A stretch of DNA of 63,177 nt, the filler included, from Octopus bimaculoides (Eukaryota), in the NCBI RefSeq assembly GCF_001194135.2. It is 5 parts of 5 records of this genome, joined end to end, with 100 filler letters (N's around TTAATTAATTAA, not from the genome) between each part and the next. Parts side by side here need not be neighbours in the genome. Positions count along the whole stretch, not along the records: positions 21,403 to 42,936 come from NC_069000.1; 4 more parts are not named here. One strand, given 5' to 3'. This document shows positions 24,291-38,044 of this stretch, one piece after another; within the stretch, counting starts at the first letter, position 1, and each line of letters opens with the position of its first letter. Below the pieces are notes generated by a model. That model saw only the letters and a list, made by a program, of their open reading frames with translations. It was not told the DNA's origin and did no database searches. A program made the position numbers and the translations under genes.

Positions 24291-24704
24291 CGTTTAAAGT
24301 TACGAGTTACACTCGCTTCTTTTAATCTCCATTTCGTTTTCATTTATCTTCTCAATCCTCTACAGCTGGTTACATCTCTTTCTATTTAGTTTTTGCATTC
24401 TAATCCCTGGTGCTTGTTATGTCAATAATGTCACATATTTTGTCCTTTTTGTACAGGACTAAAATATCTAGCCTACTGTGTTTTATCACATTAGTTGGTT
24501 TGTATGCCAAAGTGCCACAGGTGTTTCCCATTGGTATCCCCCATGATTTTTCTGTGGTTCGTGTTTGCATTGTTTGATCTCACCAGTAAGATCAATCTTC
24601 TGACACAGTTCTTGATGGATCATCCTAGCCACATTATGGAACTGAGCTTCTATACATTTTGTTCTTGTTTTATACATTCTGACGTTACATGAAAGATTGA
24701 TTCA
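23931..24704. repeat. Near-perfect 360-bp inverted duplication with 54-bp spacer
   Basis: 23931-24290 versus reverse complement of 24345-24704: 2 mismatches in 360 nt on manual comparison; mirrored ORFs in the ORF track agree. Confidence 0.97.
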
Positions 24705-24907
24705 CACAGACACAAACAAACACCCAATACACACACACACAAACACACACACACAAACACACACTTATATATATATACATACATACGTATCTATCTCTAT
24801 ATATATGTTTCTTTTTTGTATTTCTATTATTGGCGTAATGAGAGTCCAAACTATATAACTATATAGCTATACATACATCCATGCATACATAAATAAGAAC
24901 ACAGACA

Positions 24908-24954
<47 letters not shown>

Positions 24955-24992
24955 ACAAACACACAGACACATACCCACACACACATATATAT

Positions 24993-25091
24993 GAGTCGAC
25001 CTCGGCAGAATTTGAACTCAGAACGTAAAGACAGACGAAATGCCGCTAAGCATTTCGCTCGACGTGCTAACGTCTCTGTCATCTCGCCGCC
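24993..25091 (-). mobile_element. SINE family A, head half
   Basis: gtcgacctcggcagaatttgaactcagaacgtaaagacagacgaaatgccgctaagcatttcg. Confidence 0.85.
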
Positions 25092-25219
25092 ATATATAAC
25101 TGTAAATTGATTCAGAATTCGTCTAAAATTTTGTGATGCAGAGCCCCAAAATGTCTAAATGTGCAAGACTATACAACATAACATGGATCATAAGAAGGGC
25201 GTCGGATAATTCTTAGATA

Positions 25220-25356
25220 TAATTCCGCCGGTGTCGACTTAGGCTTCCATCATTTCGGGGTCGATAAACTAAGTACCAGTTGAGGACTGGAGTTGATGTA
25301 ATCGACTAGACCCCTACCCCAAATTTCAAGCCTTGAGCCTATAGTAGAACAGATAA
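25220..25356 (+). mobile_element. SINE family A, 3' half
   Basis: aattccgccggtgtcgac...tttcggggtcgataaactaagtaccag...gccttgagcctatagtagaa. Confidence 0.8.
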
Positions 25357-26081
25357 TTCTTAAATATGATACCCAACACGATATTGCATCCTCTTATGTG
25401 ACATTAGCTTGGTAATCTTCTATTTACTGTAAAGAGACATCGATAGCTATACATTTAGGTAGAAAGTAACAGCAAGGTAATAAGCACAGATTTGACACCA
25501 GTTTTCTGAAATTAGAGTAACGTTTAGTTAGGTAAATGAACAAGATTGATCAGAAATACTCAGTGTAGATTCTACGGCAATGTCTAATTATTCTCTCAAT
25601 CAGAAATAAAGAAAAAAAATAAAACACCGCTTATTCAAGTAAATTAGCTTTGCAAATTTGTATTCAGGATTCAGTGAACAGTTTTACAGATCTGTGTGTC
25701 TCCTTCCTTCATGCTGACATGTAAGGCTCCATACAAATTAAGAGATCCTTCAAAAACCTAACACGTTCAATTTATTTGAAGGATAACAAAAGGAATTTAA
25801 ATAAATACTAAAAGAATAAAAATTAAAAAAAAAAAATATTAACGTCAATTCGGAAGACCCTGTTAATTTTCTTGAATATTTCATCACAATATGTATTCGG
25901 CGTTAATTAAGGTGATGAAAAGTGTAACATGCAGAATGTGTACATGAATACATGTAATGTGGTAATATGTGCAAACTTTGAGGTCACTAAGTGTGTGCAT
26001 CTAAGAACGCATTCTATTGCATTTGTATATGTATGTATGCATGTATGTATATATATATAAATGCATATGATCATATACGCG

Positions 26082-26186
<105 letters not shown>

Positions 26187-26466
26187 ATATATACACGTGT
26201 GTGTGCACACACAGATACAGACACACACATACGTATATACATGTGGATATATATGTGTGTGCATACCTAAATGTGTATGTGTATTTATGAAGCTGTGTTA
26301 ATGTATATATGTGTGTGTGAATAAGTTTTGGAAGTTTTATTGATGTATAAGCTACGAAGCTTATAAGCTCACATACGCAATACTCGTCCCCCACCACTCA
26401 CACACAGAGAAGGAAATAAATTGTCAAAGTTCTACTAACATGAATTTTGGTGAATACGTGTATTTC

Positions 26467-26503
<37 letters not shown>

Positions 26504-26591
26504 TGTATATATATACATATATATATATATATAAGTATGTATGTATAATACGGATATTCACCTAAATTCAAATCAAATATATACATACACA

Positions 26592-26626
<35 letters not shown>

Positions 26627-27186
26627 ATACACACACACACTCATACACACACGCACACACTCTCTCACACACACACATATATATATATACATATACACAT
26701 GCATACATATATGACTCCCTCTATTTGTATGCATGCATTTAGACACATATATGAATGGAAATCTAAATATGTATATATATAAAACATACATATATATCTG
26801 TATAGGCATATATATATATATATATACACGCACACTAACGCACACACATACATAAATACATTCACACGAACACCATAGGCACACACACCATAATTAAATA
26901 GAAAATATCAGGTATTACATTTGCGGAATTCAAATGCGTTAATGAAGAGTTTTAGAAAATACTTTCGCCGTTTTTCTAACGATTTCTCTCAAGAAGAAAT
27001 AAGTAAATATTTTAATTTTCCAAATTATAATGAATTGGCTTTAATGAAGTCAGTCAGCAACTTTTGGTATGGATATATGTTCAATGTAAGAAGGGAAATT
27101 TTATTTTCATATTGAAATTTGGAAATTACACACATGAAACCTACCCGCGTACACATATGTCTCCATAGTGCCATATGTGTGTAGAC

Positions 27187-27223
<37 letters not shown>

Positions 27224-27399
27224 GTATGTATGTGTATGTTTGTATATATATTTATATATACACTCACGTGAGGTCCTCTGGAGTATCATGTACGTGCTGT
27301 TCGAGTCCTTATACAATGACCTGATGTATCATCTACTATTTCCAAACGAAGAAAAACTGTTGACAATGTATTGAGTGCTCTCTCCTTTGTTAACCTGTT

Positions 27400-27440
<41 letters not shown>

Positions 27441-29195
27441 TCACACACACACACACACACACACCTTCACACACACACACAGACCGTCACCAAAGCATAC
27501 ACATATATTCGGAGCGTCCATGTCAAACATTGTAAAAAGTGGTATCGTACAGATATATTTCGACAATCGCAGAAACATGAAAGTCCAGCAAATACAGCTC
27601 AGGAACCTCGAAAGAAAATTAAAATATTCCACAGCGATATATTCAAGACCAACCATTTGATATTCGTAGAGAAATTTCACATCACCTGTCAACCCACGCA
27701 GTCATTTTATGTTGAATTGCATAATACATCAAATCTATAATTTTCATATTGTCAGTTATATTTTCTTATTGGTTAGCCCTAGGCCAATTATGGTGTATTT
27801 ACTCTGGCAATGACACATTTTTCCTCTGTACATATTATTTTAAATGTATTTGAATTGCAAGTCATAACAATATATTAAAATGAAACAAGTTAACTTTTAA
27901 CATTAGACATCAGAGAAGTTAAACATTTGGGTTGCGAACGTACATAGCCTGAGAGATTTCATTTTCAGGAAAATTATGCTGGTGTGGTGCAAAAATAATT
28001 TCAAATTTAACTTATAGATAAACACATCAACAGCATTCAATCATTAAAAATATTAACGCTCCTTGCAGATCATACAAAAGTATATACGTACAAATACGGC
28101 TGAATATACAGGCACGATTGTATGTATTTACAGAAAACAAAAATTCATGTACGTACTAAAGGGTCCTTGACGAATTATATAATAAATCCAAGAAACCATA
28201 ATGCTCCTCACATTCAGCTGCCGATGCCATTGTATGATATGCGATCAATATATTTCAAAAGGAAGAGTAAATGTATTTTATTAACCATATTGTATATGAT
28301 AACGTTATACGTTTATTATTAAATCCCAGCCATAATATATCTTAGACTATATGAATTTATTTACTCAACTAGTATGTTTACATTATTCATGAGAAAATAT
28401 GAATTTCCTGACTTTTGCAGCTGAATAACGAGAAAAGCCACGACTGATAAGGATTCACTCCCACGTACGTGTATTCTATCTACTTCGGTATAACCTCTTG
28501 GGTTTATATTTCAGTAGAAGATGTTTATTATAGAACAAGTATATGATTTCTGTATACATATTTGTAAACTTTGAAATATATATCTACGTGTGAATTTTCC
28601 TGGGCATTTTGTTGCAAAGATAAAAAACAAACAAAAACAAGTTCTCGCTCTCACACACACATATATGTATGTAAGTGTGTACATATAAATACACACAATA
28701 ACACACATATGTATGTATATATATATATATATATATATGCATACATATATGTTCTAATCTTCATATGAAATTATATACATACATGCATACAAACACGCAT
28801 ATATATANNNNNNNNNNNNNNNNNNNNNNNNNNNNNNNNNNNNNNNNNNNNNNNNNNNNNNTATATATATATATATATATATATGATATATATATATGTA
28901 TGTATGTATCTATCTATCTTTGTATGTATATGGATGTACATATTGTATTCCAGAAGGGTATTAGTCTCACGTTCCGTTTGCAATCACATAAATGAGGATC
29001 TGCAGAGAAGTACAAAATACCAAAAAAATCCATTCCAATGAGTAGTGGATATAAAGCTGTCAAATACTTTGGCATGGAGTCAAAGAATTTGAATGCACAG
29101 TGTAGTTCTGTTGGCTCATACAGAAAATTGTTTGCCTATCAATGGCAGTAGATACATGTATATATAAACACACAAGTATATATATATATACATAC

Positions 29196-29252
<57 letters not shown>

Positions 29253-30206
29253 NNNNNNNNNNNNNNNNNNNNNNNNNNNNNNNNNNNNNNNNNNNNNNNN
29301 NNNNNNNNNNNNNNNNNNNNNNNNNNNNNNNNNNNNNNNNNNNNNNNNNNNNNNNNNNNNNNNNNNNNNNNNNNNNNNNNNNNNNNNNNNNNNNNNNNNN
29401 NNNNNNNNNNNNNNNNNNNNNNNNNNNNNNNNNNNNNNNNNNNNNNNNNNNNNNNNNNNNNNNNNNNNNNNNNNNNNNNNNNNNNNNNNNNNNNNNNNNN
29501 NNNNNNNNNNNNNNNNNNNNNNNNNNNNNNNNNNNNNNNNNNNNNNNNNNNNNNNNNNNNNNNNNNNNNNNNNTATATATATATATATATATATATATTC
29601 TGTTTAATTTATTTTTCAATCTGAAACAAAATACTTTGAAAATGGTATACAAACAGTGGAATCATTTTTCTTTTACTGTATTGTATTTTAAAGGAAACAT
29701 TGTATATTAGTGTCCTATATATTTTGATTCTTACGTTTTAGTGGATTTTCGCAATTCTCGGAAGAAATCACTTTGGTTGTATTAAACCGTTTCAATATCT
29801 GTAAATGCATTGGACTATAAAACATTCAGAAAATATTTGTACATGTCATTTGTTTTCCTCTCTTTCTCTATATTCTTCTTTCTTTCCTGTTGTTACACAG
29901 TTACGATTTGATTTTGTATTTTCAAAACCGGGTGTCATTACACTCTCCCGTATTCCGTATAAATATATATATGTAGAGAGAGAGGGAGCACACACACACA
30001 AACACACACAGACACGGACACACACATACACACGCACACACGCACACACAAACACAAACACTCGCATACATACATGCACACACACACGCACGTATATATG
30101 TCTAATGTTACACACGCGCGTAAATATATGTGTATGTATATATGTATGTGTGTGTGTATACTTCAATATATCTCCACACAGATGAACAAACACACACACA
30201 CACGCA

Positions 30207-30256
<50 letters not shown>

Positions 30257-30373
30257 TGCGTGCGTGTGTGTGTGTAGAATTGTAAATACATATATATGTA
30301 TATACATCTATATGTATACTTATATACATATAGTGCGTTTGTATGTATATACGTGTAAGCATACACACAGCAG

Positions 30374-30436
<63 letters not shown>

Positions 30437-30517
30437 CCCATACATATACAAAAACTCATACACACACATACGCACACACATATGTACTCGCATACTCTGC
30501 ACATGTTGCGACTACCG

Positions 30518-30549
<32 letters not shown>

Positions 30550-31488
30550 TCACGCGTGCGTGTGCACACACACGCGACATTTTGCGATTGTTTATATGAA
30601 ATGTAGATTTAAACGGAATTGACATCTAAAGGTTTATTTCTTCAGGCAGACCATGATATCTTGCAGGAAATTGAGTGGTTTCTAATGGAACCTGACGTGC
30701 GCTTGTTTAAACAGTAACATAGAATACTTAATTCAAACTCAAGTAAGTGACAGACTCAGCGAGACAATGACAAAGAACGAGAGAATATGAAATGAGCGAG
30801 GGTGGTTATGAAAGAATGTCTCGATACAGGTAACAAGAAATCTTGCCTAGCTAGTAGATATATATATATATAAATATATGGCTGAATGTGAGAAAGAAAC
30901 GAGTTTTGAATATTGGTTTTTGCAAGACGCTTCACTGAATGTGTGTGCGGTCGTATTTGAACGGATTGCTATTCATGTGGAATTGCATTCGACAATAATA
31001 TATGTCAATCAAATTAGCTACAAGTGTGGAGAAACTTTTATGTTCGTTATTGGAACGAGTGCACACTCACACGCACGCGCGCGTTCACAAACGCGCAAAC
31101 GCACAGACACACACGCTTGCTCTCTCACACACCTATACAAGTGCGCACGATCACACACACACACACACACATAAATACAAGCACCTATGTATATACTGTG
31201 TGTCTTGACGTATATGTATGTGTACATACAAATGTGTATGCAGATATATATTTGTATCTGTGTACATGCACATACGCATATATATATATATNNNNNNNNN
31301 NNNNNNNNNNNNNNNNNNNNNNNNNNNNNNNNNNNNNNNNNNNNNNNNNNNNNNNNNNNNNNNNNNNNNNNNNNNNNNNNNNNNNNNNNNNNNNNNNNNN
31401 NNNNNNNNNNNNNNNNNNNNNNNNNNNNNNNNNNNNNNNNNNNNNNNNNNNNNNNNNNNNNNNNNNNNNNNNNNNNNNNNNNNNNNNN

Positions 31489-31546
<58 letters not shown>

Positions 31547-31564
31547 TACATACATACACACATG

Positions 31565-32170
31565 CATTCTCCGAACTAATAGACCTCCTGCTTTGTCATA
31601 TCCGACAAAAGACGACGCAAATGCATTTCTTTAAGTGGTGGGTGACATTTTTTTAATGGTTTGGCCCAAAAGAAGTGGCTGTGAAAGTGATCTTCGCATG
31701 CCCTTTGTGACCTTTGGGATATCGATAAGGCGATTGTTCTTCTTGCCCAACTACATTGCAATGACTGGATGTAACAATAGGCAAAAATGTAGGAAAAATA
31801 GCGAAGTGGTATTCTGATGAAAACCACCTGAAAAATGAAGCAAGAAAAGAAATTAGACGCTTTTAAAAGCAGTTGCCTCGGAAACATACTCGGGTTCGAA
31901 TGAAACCACTTTATCCGCATCGAGAAGGTGAGAAGAGCAGTCCAGCATCCATTGTCCATCACCGTCTGCAACACTCGACAGTGTGGGTGGGACAATTCTC
32001 AAAACACTCGGTGAGCAAACTCGCGAGACATGTCGTTAAATGGACCCCTTAAGCGTTGCAGTTTAAGAGATGTTCGAAGATGAACTAGCAACAGAACGAT
32101 GCAGTGAGGGTGGCTGCACACTGATCCTGGCCAGTTTAGTGATATAGCAGGAAGGACAGATAGATGAATA
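31565..32170 (+). mobile_element. RTE LINE 3' region (post-RT), decayed
   Basis: AFSEL, IRQKT, LRWL-like, KWTP, GWLH..LASLVI remnants in the order of RTE C-termini. Confidence 0.7.
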
Positions 32171-32586
32171 TGATATTTGGTGAAAGTGACAAGAGCCTGA
32201 GCAGATATACTGTACCAAAGGTTTTCAACCGGGGTCCATGTGCCCTTTGGAGGCACATTTAAGATTTTCTTGTTAAAAGTAACGAGCAGTGAATTGCTTA
32301 TAACTCTACAATATACAACACATATTATTTTCAGTTTTATAATACAATTCCTAATAATATCCTAGAGCAATCCTTCCCCATAACGTAGTTCACCTACCGC
32401 GGTATATATATNNNNNNNNNNNNNNNNNNNNNNNNNNNNNNNNNNNNNNNNNNNNNNNNNNNNNNNNNNNNNNNNNNNNNNNNNNNNNNNNNNNNNNNNN
32501 NNNNNNNNNNNNNNNNNNNNNNNNNNNNNNNNNNNNNNNNNNNNNNNNNNNNNNNNNNNNNNNNNNNNNNNNNNNNNNNNNNNNNN

Positions 32587-32617
<31 letters not shown>

Positions 32618-34068
32618 GTATGGATATGTGCGTGTGTGTGTACTGACCAATTCGCTTTAAAATATGTTTATAAACATGTTCAGCTTAATTGCTTTTTAAA
32701 TATTTTCTCCTCACTTTAATTATTTCTTCAGCAGTAAAACAACCTTTGAGCTAATATTCAAATATTTTAAATAAATATGTAATAATATCTTTGATGTCAT
32801 TTTCAAATATACATTATATAGATTAACAAATATTTAATAACTGAAATTGTCTTCAAATAAAGAATATTGCTATATTAATATATCGAAAAGCGAAGCATAA
32901 TCTTGTATTACACGTGTCTACAATATTGTAGTTATTCGTATAAATATTATAATATACAAGAAAAATGTCTTGAGTTTCGAGGTTCGTCTGTGCTGATAAA
33001 TATATTTCTAATAAGGAGATTTATGGTAACAAATGAAACAGAGTTTCTATCACAACATCGCCTCCATCATTAGAATGGATTTAAAAATGATGCTTCCTGT
33101 ATGAGGTTGATACATCTATTAAGAAATATTTGCAGCATCATCCAGAAGTCGTGCCCTAAACGATAAAAATAGGAAATAACATTTTGTCTGTCTCGTTAAC
33201 AATTCTGCCAACTCGCTGCCTGAGGTATCCTTGAAAATATCGGCATCAATATAATAGCATGTTATCAACCATATTTCTTGGTTGCTTTGTTTGTTTCAGT
33301 CAATGAACTGTAGTCATGTTGTGGTACCAACGATTTAGCAAGAGGGTCGTAAGCAATTACGTCGACCCCTACTTCAAGTAAACACAGAGAACGGACCTTT
33401 CTTTAGTTGTCGGCTGTCTATCTACTCCTCATTTCTAGCATTCAACGACATTTATCAGTGTCACTTTTTAAAGTGGCTAAGTCACGGTTATATAGATGGT
33501 GAAGCAAGATATATACATATCATACGTAGATGTCATTATATCTTGAAAGAGCAGCTTATGCAAAACACATTTAGGTGTTTGTCAACACCAAGAGATTATA
33601 TATAATCACACGTTATTGTTATATAATAGAAAGTATAGCTGCTGTGTTTTACGAAGCGATTAATTGTATTCAAGGAAGAAACAAAACACAATTTGCTTGG
33701 AGATTTACTGTTGTGTAAAGTTTTAACCCAGTAGAATTGAAATTTATTGCAACTCGAATATTTGTTTTTTAGTATTCTTATAGCAGTGTTGACATTATGT
33801 AAATGGGGGTAAAAATACAGGTAGAGTTAAAATGTTTAGTATGCGACTGTGAGACTCGGTGTTCAATTGCGCTGAACTAGCAAGTGTCTGAAACTGTGAA
33901 GGTAGACGCTAGTGTTGCCAATGCGAATCTCATAGGCGGAAACAGCATGTACAGACATATGCTCTTTCTCTTCCCCCCTCTCTCTCTCTCTCTCACACAT
34001 ACACGTGTGTGTGTACATATATCTGTATGTAAATGTATTTATAAAATATAAATATGTATCAATATATA

Positions 34069-34286
34069 CGGGGTGCGATGGGTAAACTGTCGCCATTTTA
34101 TAGTTTTTATTTCGCGCATGCGCATTGCTTGTTTTATGATTTTGTCGACTACACTGAAAAGTAGAGTCAGTTGGACACCGTGTGTGAGAAAAACAGCACC
34201 ATGGCGCTATTCCCTCTGCTAGAAATATATTTTCTTGTTATTTTCATGTTTGCGTAATTTAGATAGCAGTTTATTCACCGCACCCG
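34069..34286. mobile_element. Tc1/mariner-type MITE (~220 bp)
   Basis: Imperfect TIRs cggggtgcgatgggtaaactg / cagtttattcaccgcacccg in TA-rich flanks. Confidence 0.6.
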
Positions 34287-34319
34287 ATATATGTTACACA
34301 AGAAATGTAACAGTTTCAG

Positions 34320-34455
34320 AATTTCTGCACATTTCCATCAAGTTTGGGGGAGGGGGTGGACAATTACATTGATCCCAATGCTCGGCTGCTGTTTATTTTA
34401 TCGATATCGAAATTATGAAAGGCAAAATCGCCCTCGGCGGGATTTGAACTCACAA
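34320..34455 (-). mobile_element. SINE family A, decayed
   Basis: tatcgatatcgaaattatgaaaggcaaaatcgccctcggcgggatttgaactca. Confidence 0.7.
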
Positions 34456-35964
34456 CATACCAAAAAAAAAAACAGACAAAATACCACTATGTGAAAATAA
34501 TATTTTATTAAACGTAATATAATGCATCACTGCCGACGCGCGCGCGCGTGATTGTGTTTGTATTAATGCGCGTAGCCGTCACACTCAATTTACTCTGAAG
34601 CAGCCACTTGTTCCTATAGGACAAAACATCAAAAGGGAACTGCTTCATCACATGCGCAAGACTATTGATGTTGCAATCTATCAATACATACTGGTAGCAG
34701 CTTTTGTCTACTTACATTTTAGCTATAACTATAACTAGAAAACATACTGGGCATTTAAAGAAAATAACATCGATACAATATAGGTCCCACTCAAGAATAT
34801 TGATATCTGTAAATAAATTAAAATAAATTGATTTTTCTGAGCCAGTCTTTAAAATGGCTGAACCGAAGTAATGCCGAATCAGTCGTCTGATTACAACACC
34901 CTCAGAAAAAAAAATATTGAAACAAACGCGTCGTATATAACTGTGTGTATAGTTGTCCGCTTGACAACCTGTGTTAGTTTGTATACCTCACCGCTAAATT
35001 AGCGGTGTGGCCTACTTCTAAGCAGTTCCCTGGTTACATCTGCAGGTGATAAGTGGAACAAACCTAGGTCTTTTAATGAATGCTAGAATTTATTCACTGA
35101 CATCTAAACAGTATCCATCAATCACAGTAGGCTTAGGTCGAATAGAAACTATGGTAAGTACACTATGCCATGATGCCGTTTAGTGTGATATAACACTGAA
35201 ATGGAGGGCCGGAAAGAAAATTCTGACGCGCTCATTTATGCTTGCGTTGAATCATTTGTAACTTAATATTAAGGAATATCTTCAGAATCCAAAATGAGAG
35301 GAAAGTTTATTCCATCGCTATATAACTTTAAATAAATAATTAGATGAATCTAACGAAATGATACAATAATTATCCAGCAAATAATAATTTGATAATATTA
35401 AATTTCTATTTCCCTATAACTTTTAAATACTGTTAAATTAACGTGTATTATAAAGATCTTGGTTAATTATCTTAGATGCATCAAATCAAATTATTTCGAG
35501 TAATTATATTTCATTCGAGAGCTTAGCATTTAACAATCAACCATTTAGCAAATGTCTACGTGCTTGCAAACCGTATACTGAGAAATAATAAATGATTAAG
35601 AGTTTCAAATTCATCATTTGCATCAAGTTACAGAATCAGACCCCACACAAAAGAAAAATGAAATAAGCAATATATTATTCAATGAAAATACTCCCCCTCT
35701 TCTATAATATTAACAATATTTATATGAAATAAGTCTACGTAATTCGAGAATCGAGCTACAGACTAACAACATATTCGACAATTTTCAGTATAGTATAATT
35801 TGTTCAGTTAACAGGAATAAGAAATTGCTTAATATTTACTCTTCGGTGGAGTGAGAAATGATATATGTACAAAAGACTTCCATTGTATTATTCTTCACAA
35901 ATTATACTGTTTCGACTAAGATGTACTTCAATTTCTTCCCGACGAGTCTGTAAAAATGATCTGC

Positions 35965-36205
35965 TTGTGTCCTTGAGCAAGACACTTTATTTCACGTTGC
36001 TCTAGTCCACTCAGCTGCCAAGATGAGTACTTCTTGTATTTTAAAGTCCCAACCTCTTTACACTTTGTGTCTTACGCTGAATCTCCCTGAGATCTACGTT
36101 AAGGTTACACGTGACTGTGGAGTGCTCAGCCCCTTGCACGTCGTTTTCACGAACAGGCTGTTCTGTTGACTGGACAGACTGGAACCCCCGTCGTCGTAAG
36201 CAACC
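35965..36205 (+). mobile_element. SINE family C, 5'-truncated
   Basis: gtgtccttgagcaagacactt...ctacgttaaggttacacgtgactgtggagtgctcagcc matches 17597-17984. Confidence 0.8.
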
Positions 36206-36736
36206 AAAAACCCCCGGAAGTGGAACCTCACCATCAGTAGAAGATTAAAATCACATCCTTTAATTGACATTACTCTCATGTCCGTTCAGGTTTCGGTTTC
36301 ATCTAAGGACTGAATACATTTTCTAAGGCGAGCGGAGAATCATCATACATTTGGTAAAACCAAGGGGAAAGTGGCTCTTCTAGGAAAAAAAGATACTGAT
36401 ATGAAACTTACTGTCATTTTAAAATGCTTGTCACTAGACCTCCCTATGGCTGCTGAAATTTTGGCAAAAAATTTTGCACATGTTATCATTTTAATCCAAT
36501 GACATACAGAAGTCTCACTAATATTTCGTTTGCTGATCCGTTTTGTATCATGCGAAGTCCGGTAGCGATAGATGAATGGCATGAAAAGATATGTCTGCAT
36601 ACACATAAGATGAAAAGTTAATCAGAACAATCAGGTTGAATTTGAATCGGTTGTTATTTGACTAAACAAAGCAACCATCACACCTGTATGTATGTTTGTG
36701 ATTATACCTTTTACATACACACACAAATAAACACAC

Positions 36737-36794
<58 letters not shown>

Positions 36795-37364
36795 TGTGGT
36801 TGGTTATGCAAGTTAATTCATACAAAAATACACACACATATGAATGTATATATTTACTCATGTATATACACAAACATACATAATAACATATATAAATATA
36901 TGTATATATTATTATATACGTGTGTATATTGTATGAGTGTGAGTGTGCGTGTCGGTGTTTGATTATATTACATAACTTATAATCTTTTAGAAGTCGTTAC
37001 GAGAATGAATGTCTGAAAGCAAAATAAGTCTCTAATTATGTAAAGGAAATTTTAGTCTTCAAATGAGTTTTCTCATATTTGGCTCTATTTTAATTTTAAT
37101 CTATGTCTACGTGAAATAGGTATTATATAAGACAGGTATTATATATACATACACAACATTTCATATCTACACACGGGTTTATATATTACATACGTACACA
37201 TATACATACATAAATATATTTGCATATATGCTTGTATATATATATATATATATATATATATACGTATGTTCATATATGCACACATATATTATATATACAA
37301 GCATATATGAGTGTACACATTCCTAAATATATGTTTATATGTGTGTATAAACACAGACATAAAT

Positions 37365-37440
<76 letters not shown>

Positions 37441-38004
37441 NNNNNNNNNNNNNNNNNNNNNNNNNNNNNNNNNNNNNNNNNNNNNNNNNNNNNNNNNNNN
37501 NNNNNNNNNNNNNNNNNNNNNNNNNNNNNNNNNNNNNNNNNNNNNNNNNNNNNNNNNNNNNNNNNNNNNNNNNNNNNNNNNNNNNNNNNNNNNNNNNNNN
37601 NNNNNNNNNNNNNNNNNNNNNNNNNNNNNNNNNNNNNNNNNNNNNNNNNNNNNNNNNNNNNNNNNNNNNNNNNNNNNNNNNNNNNNNNNNNNNNNNNNNN
37701 NNNNNNNNNNNNNNNNNNNNNNNNNNNNNNNNNNNNNNNNNNNNNNNNNNNNNNNNNNNNNNNNNNNNNNNNNNNNNNNNNNNNNNNNNNNNNNNNNNNN
37801 NNNNNNNNNNNNNNNNNNNNNNNNNNNNNNNNNNNNNNNNNNNNNNNNNNNNNNNNNNNNNNNNNNNNNNNNNNNNNNNNNNNNNNNNNNNNNNTGAAAC
37901 TTTATATATAAAAGTAAATTTAATATTCTAAAGATATTCAATGACGGTGTTTTCATTTAGCATTTAGTATTTGAAAGACTTTATGTACGATTATCCATAC
38001 GTTT

Positions 38005-38044
<40 letters not shown>

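Noticed and set aside
32212-32300. hAT-like TIR start CCAAAGGTTTTCAACC
   Set aside because: No matching opposite terminus or TSD found; too weak to call.
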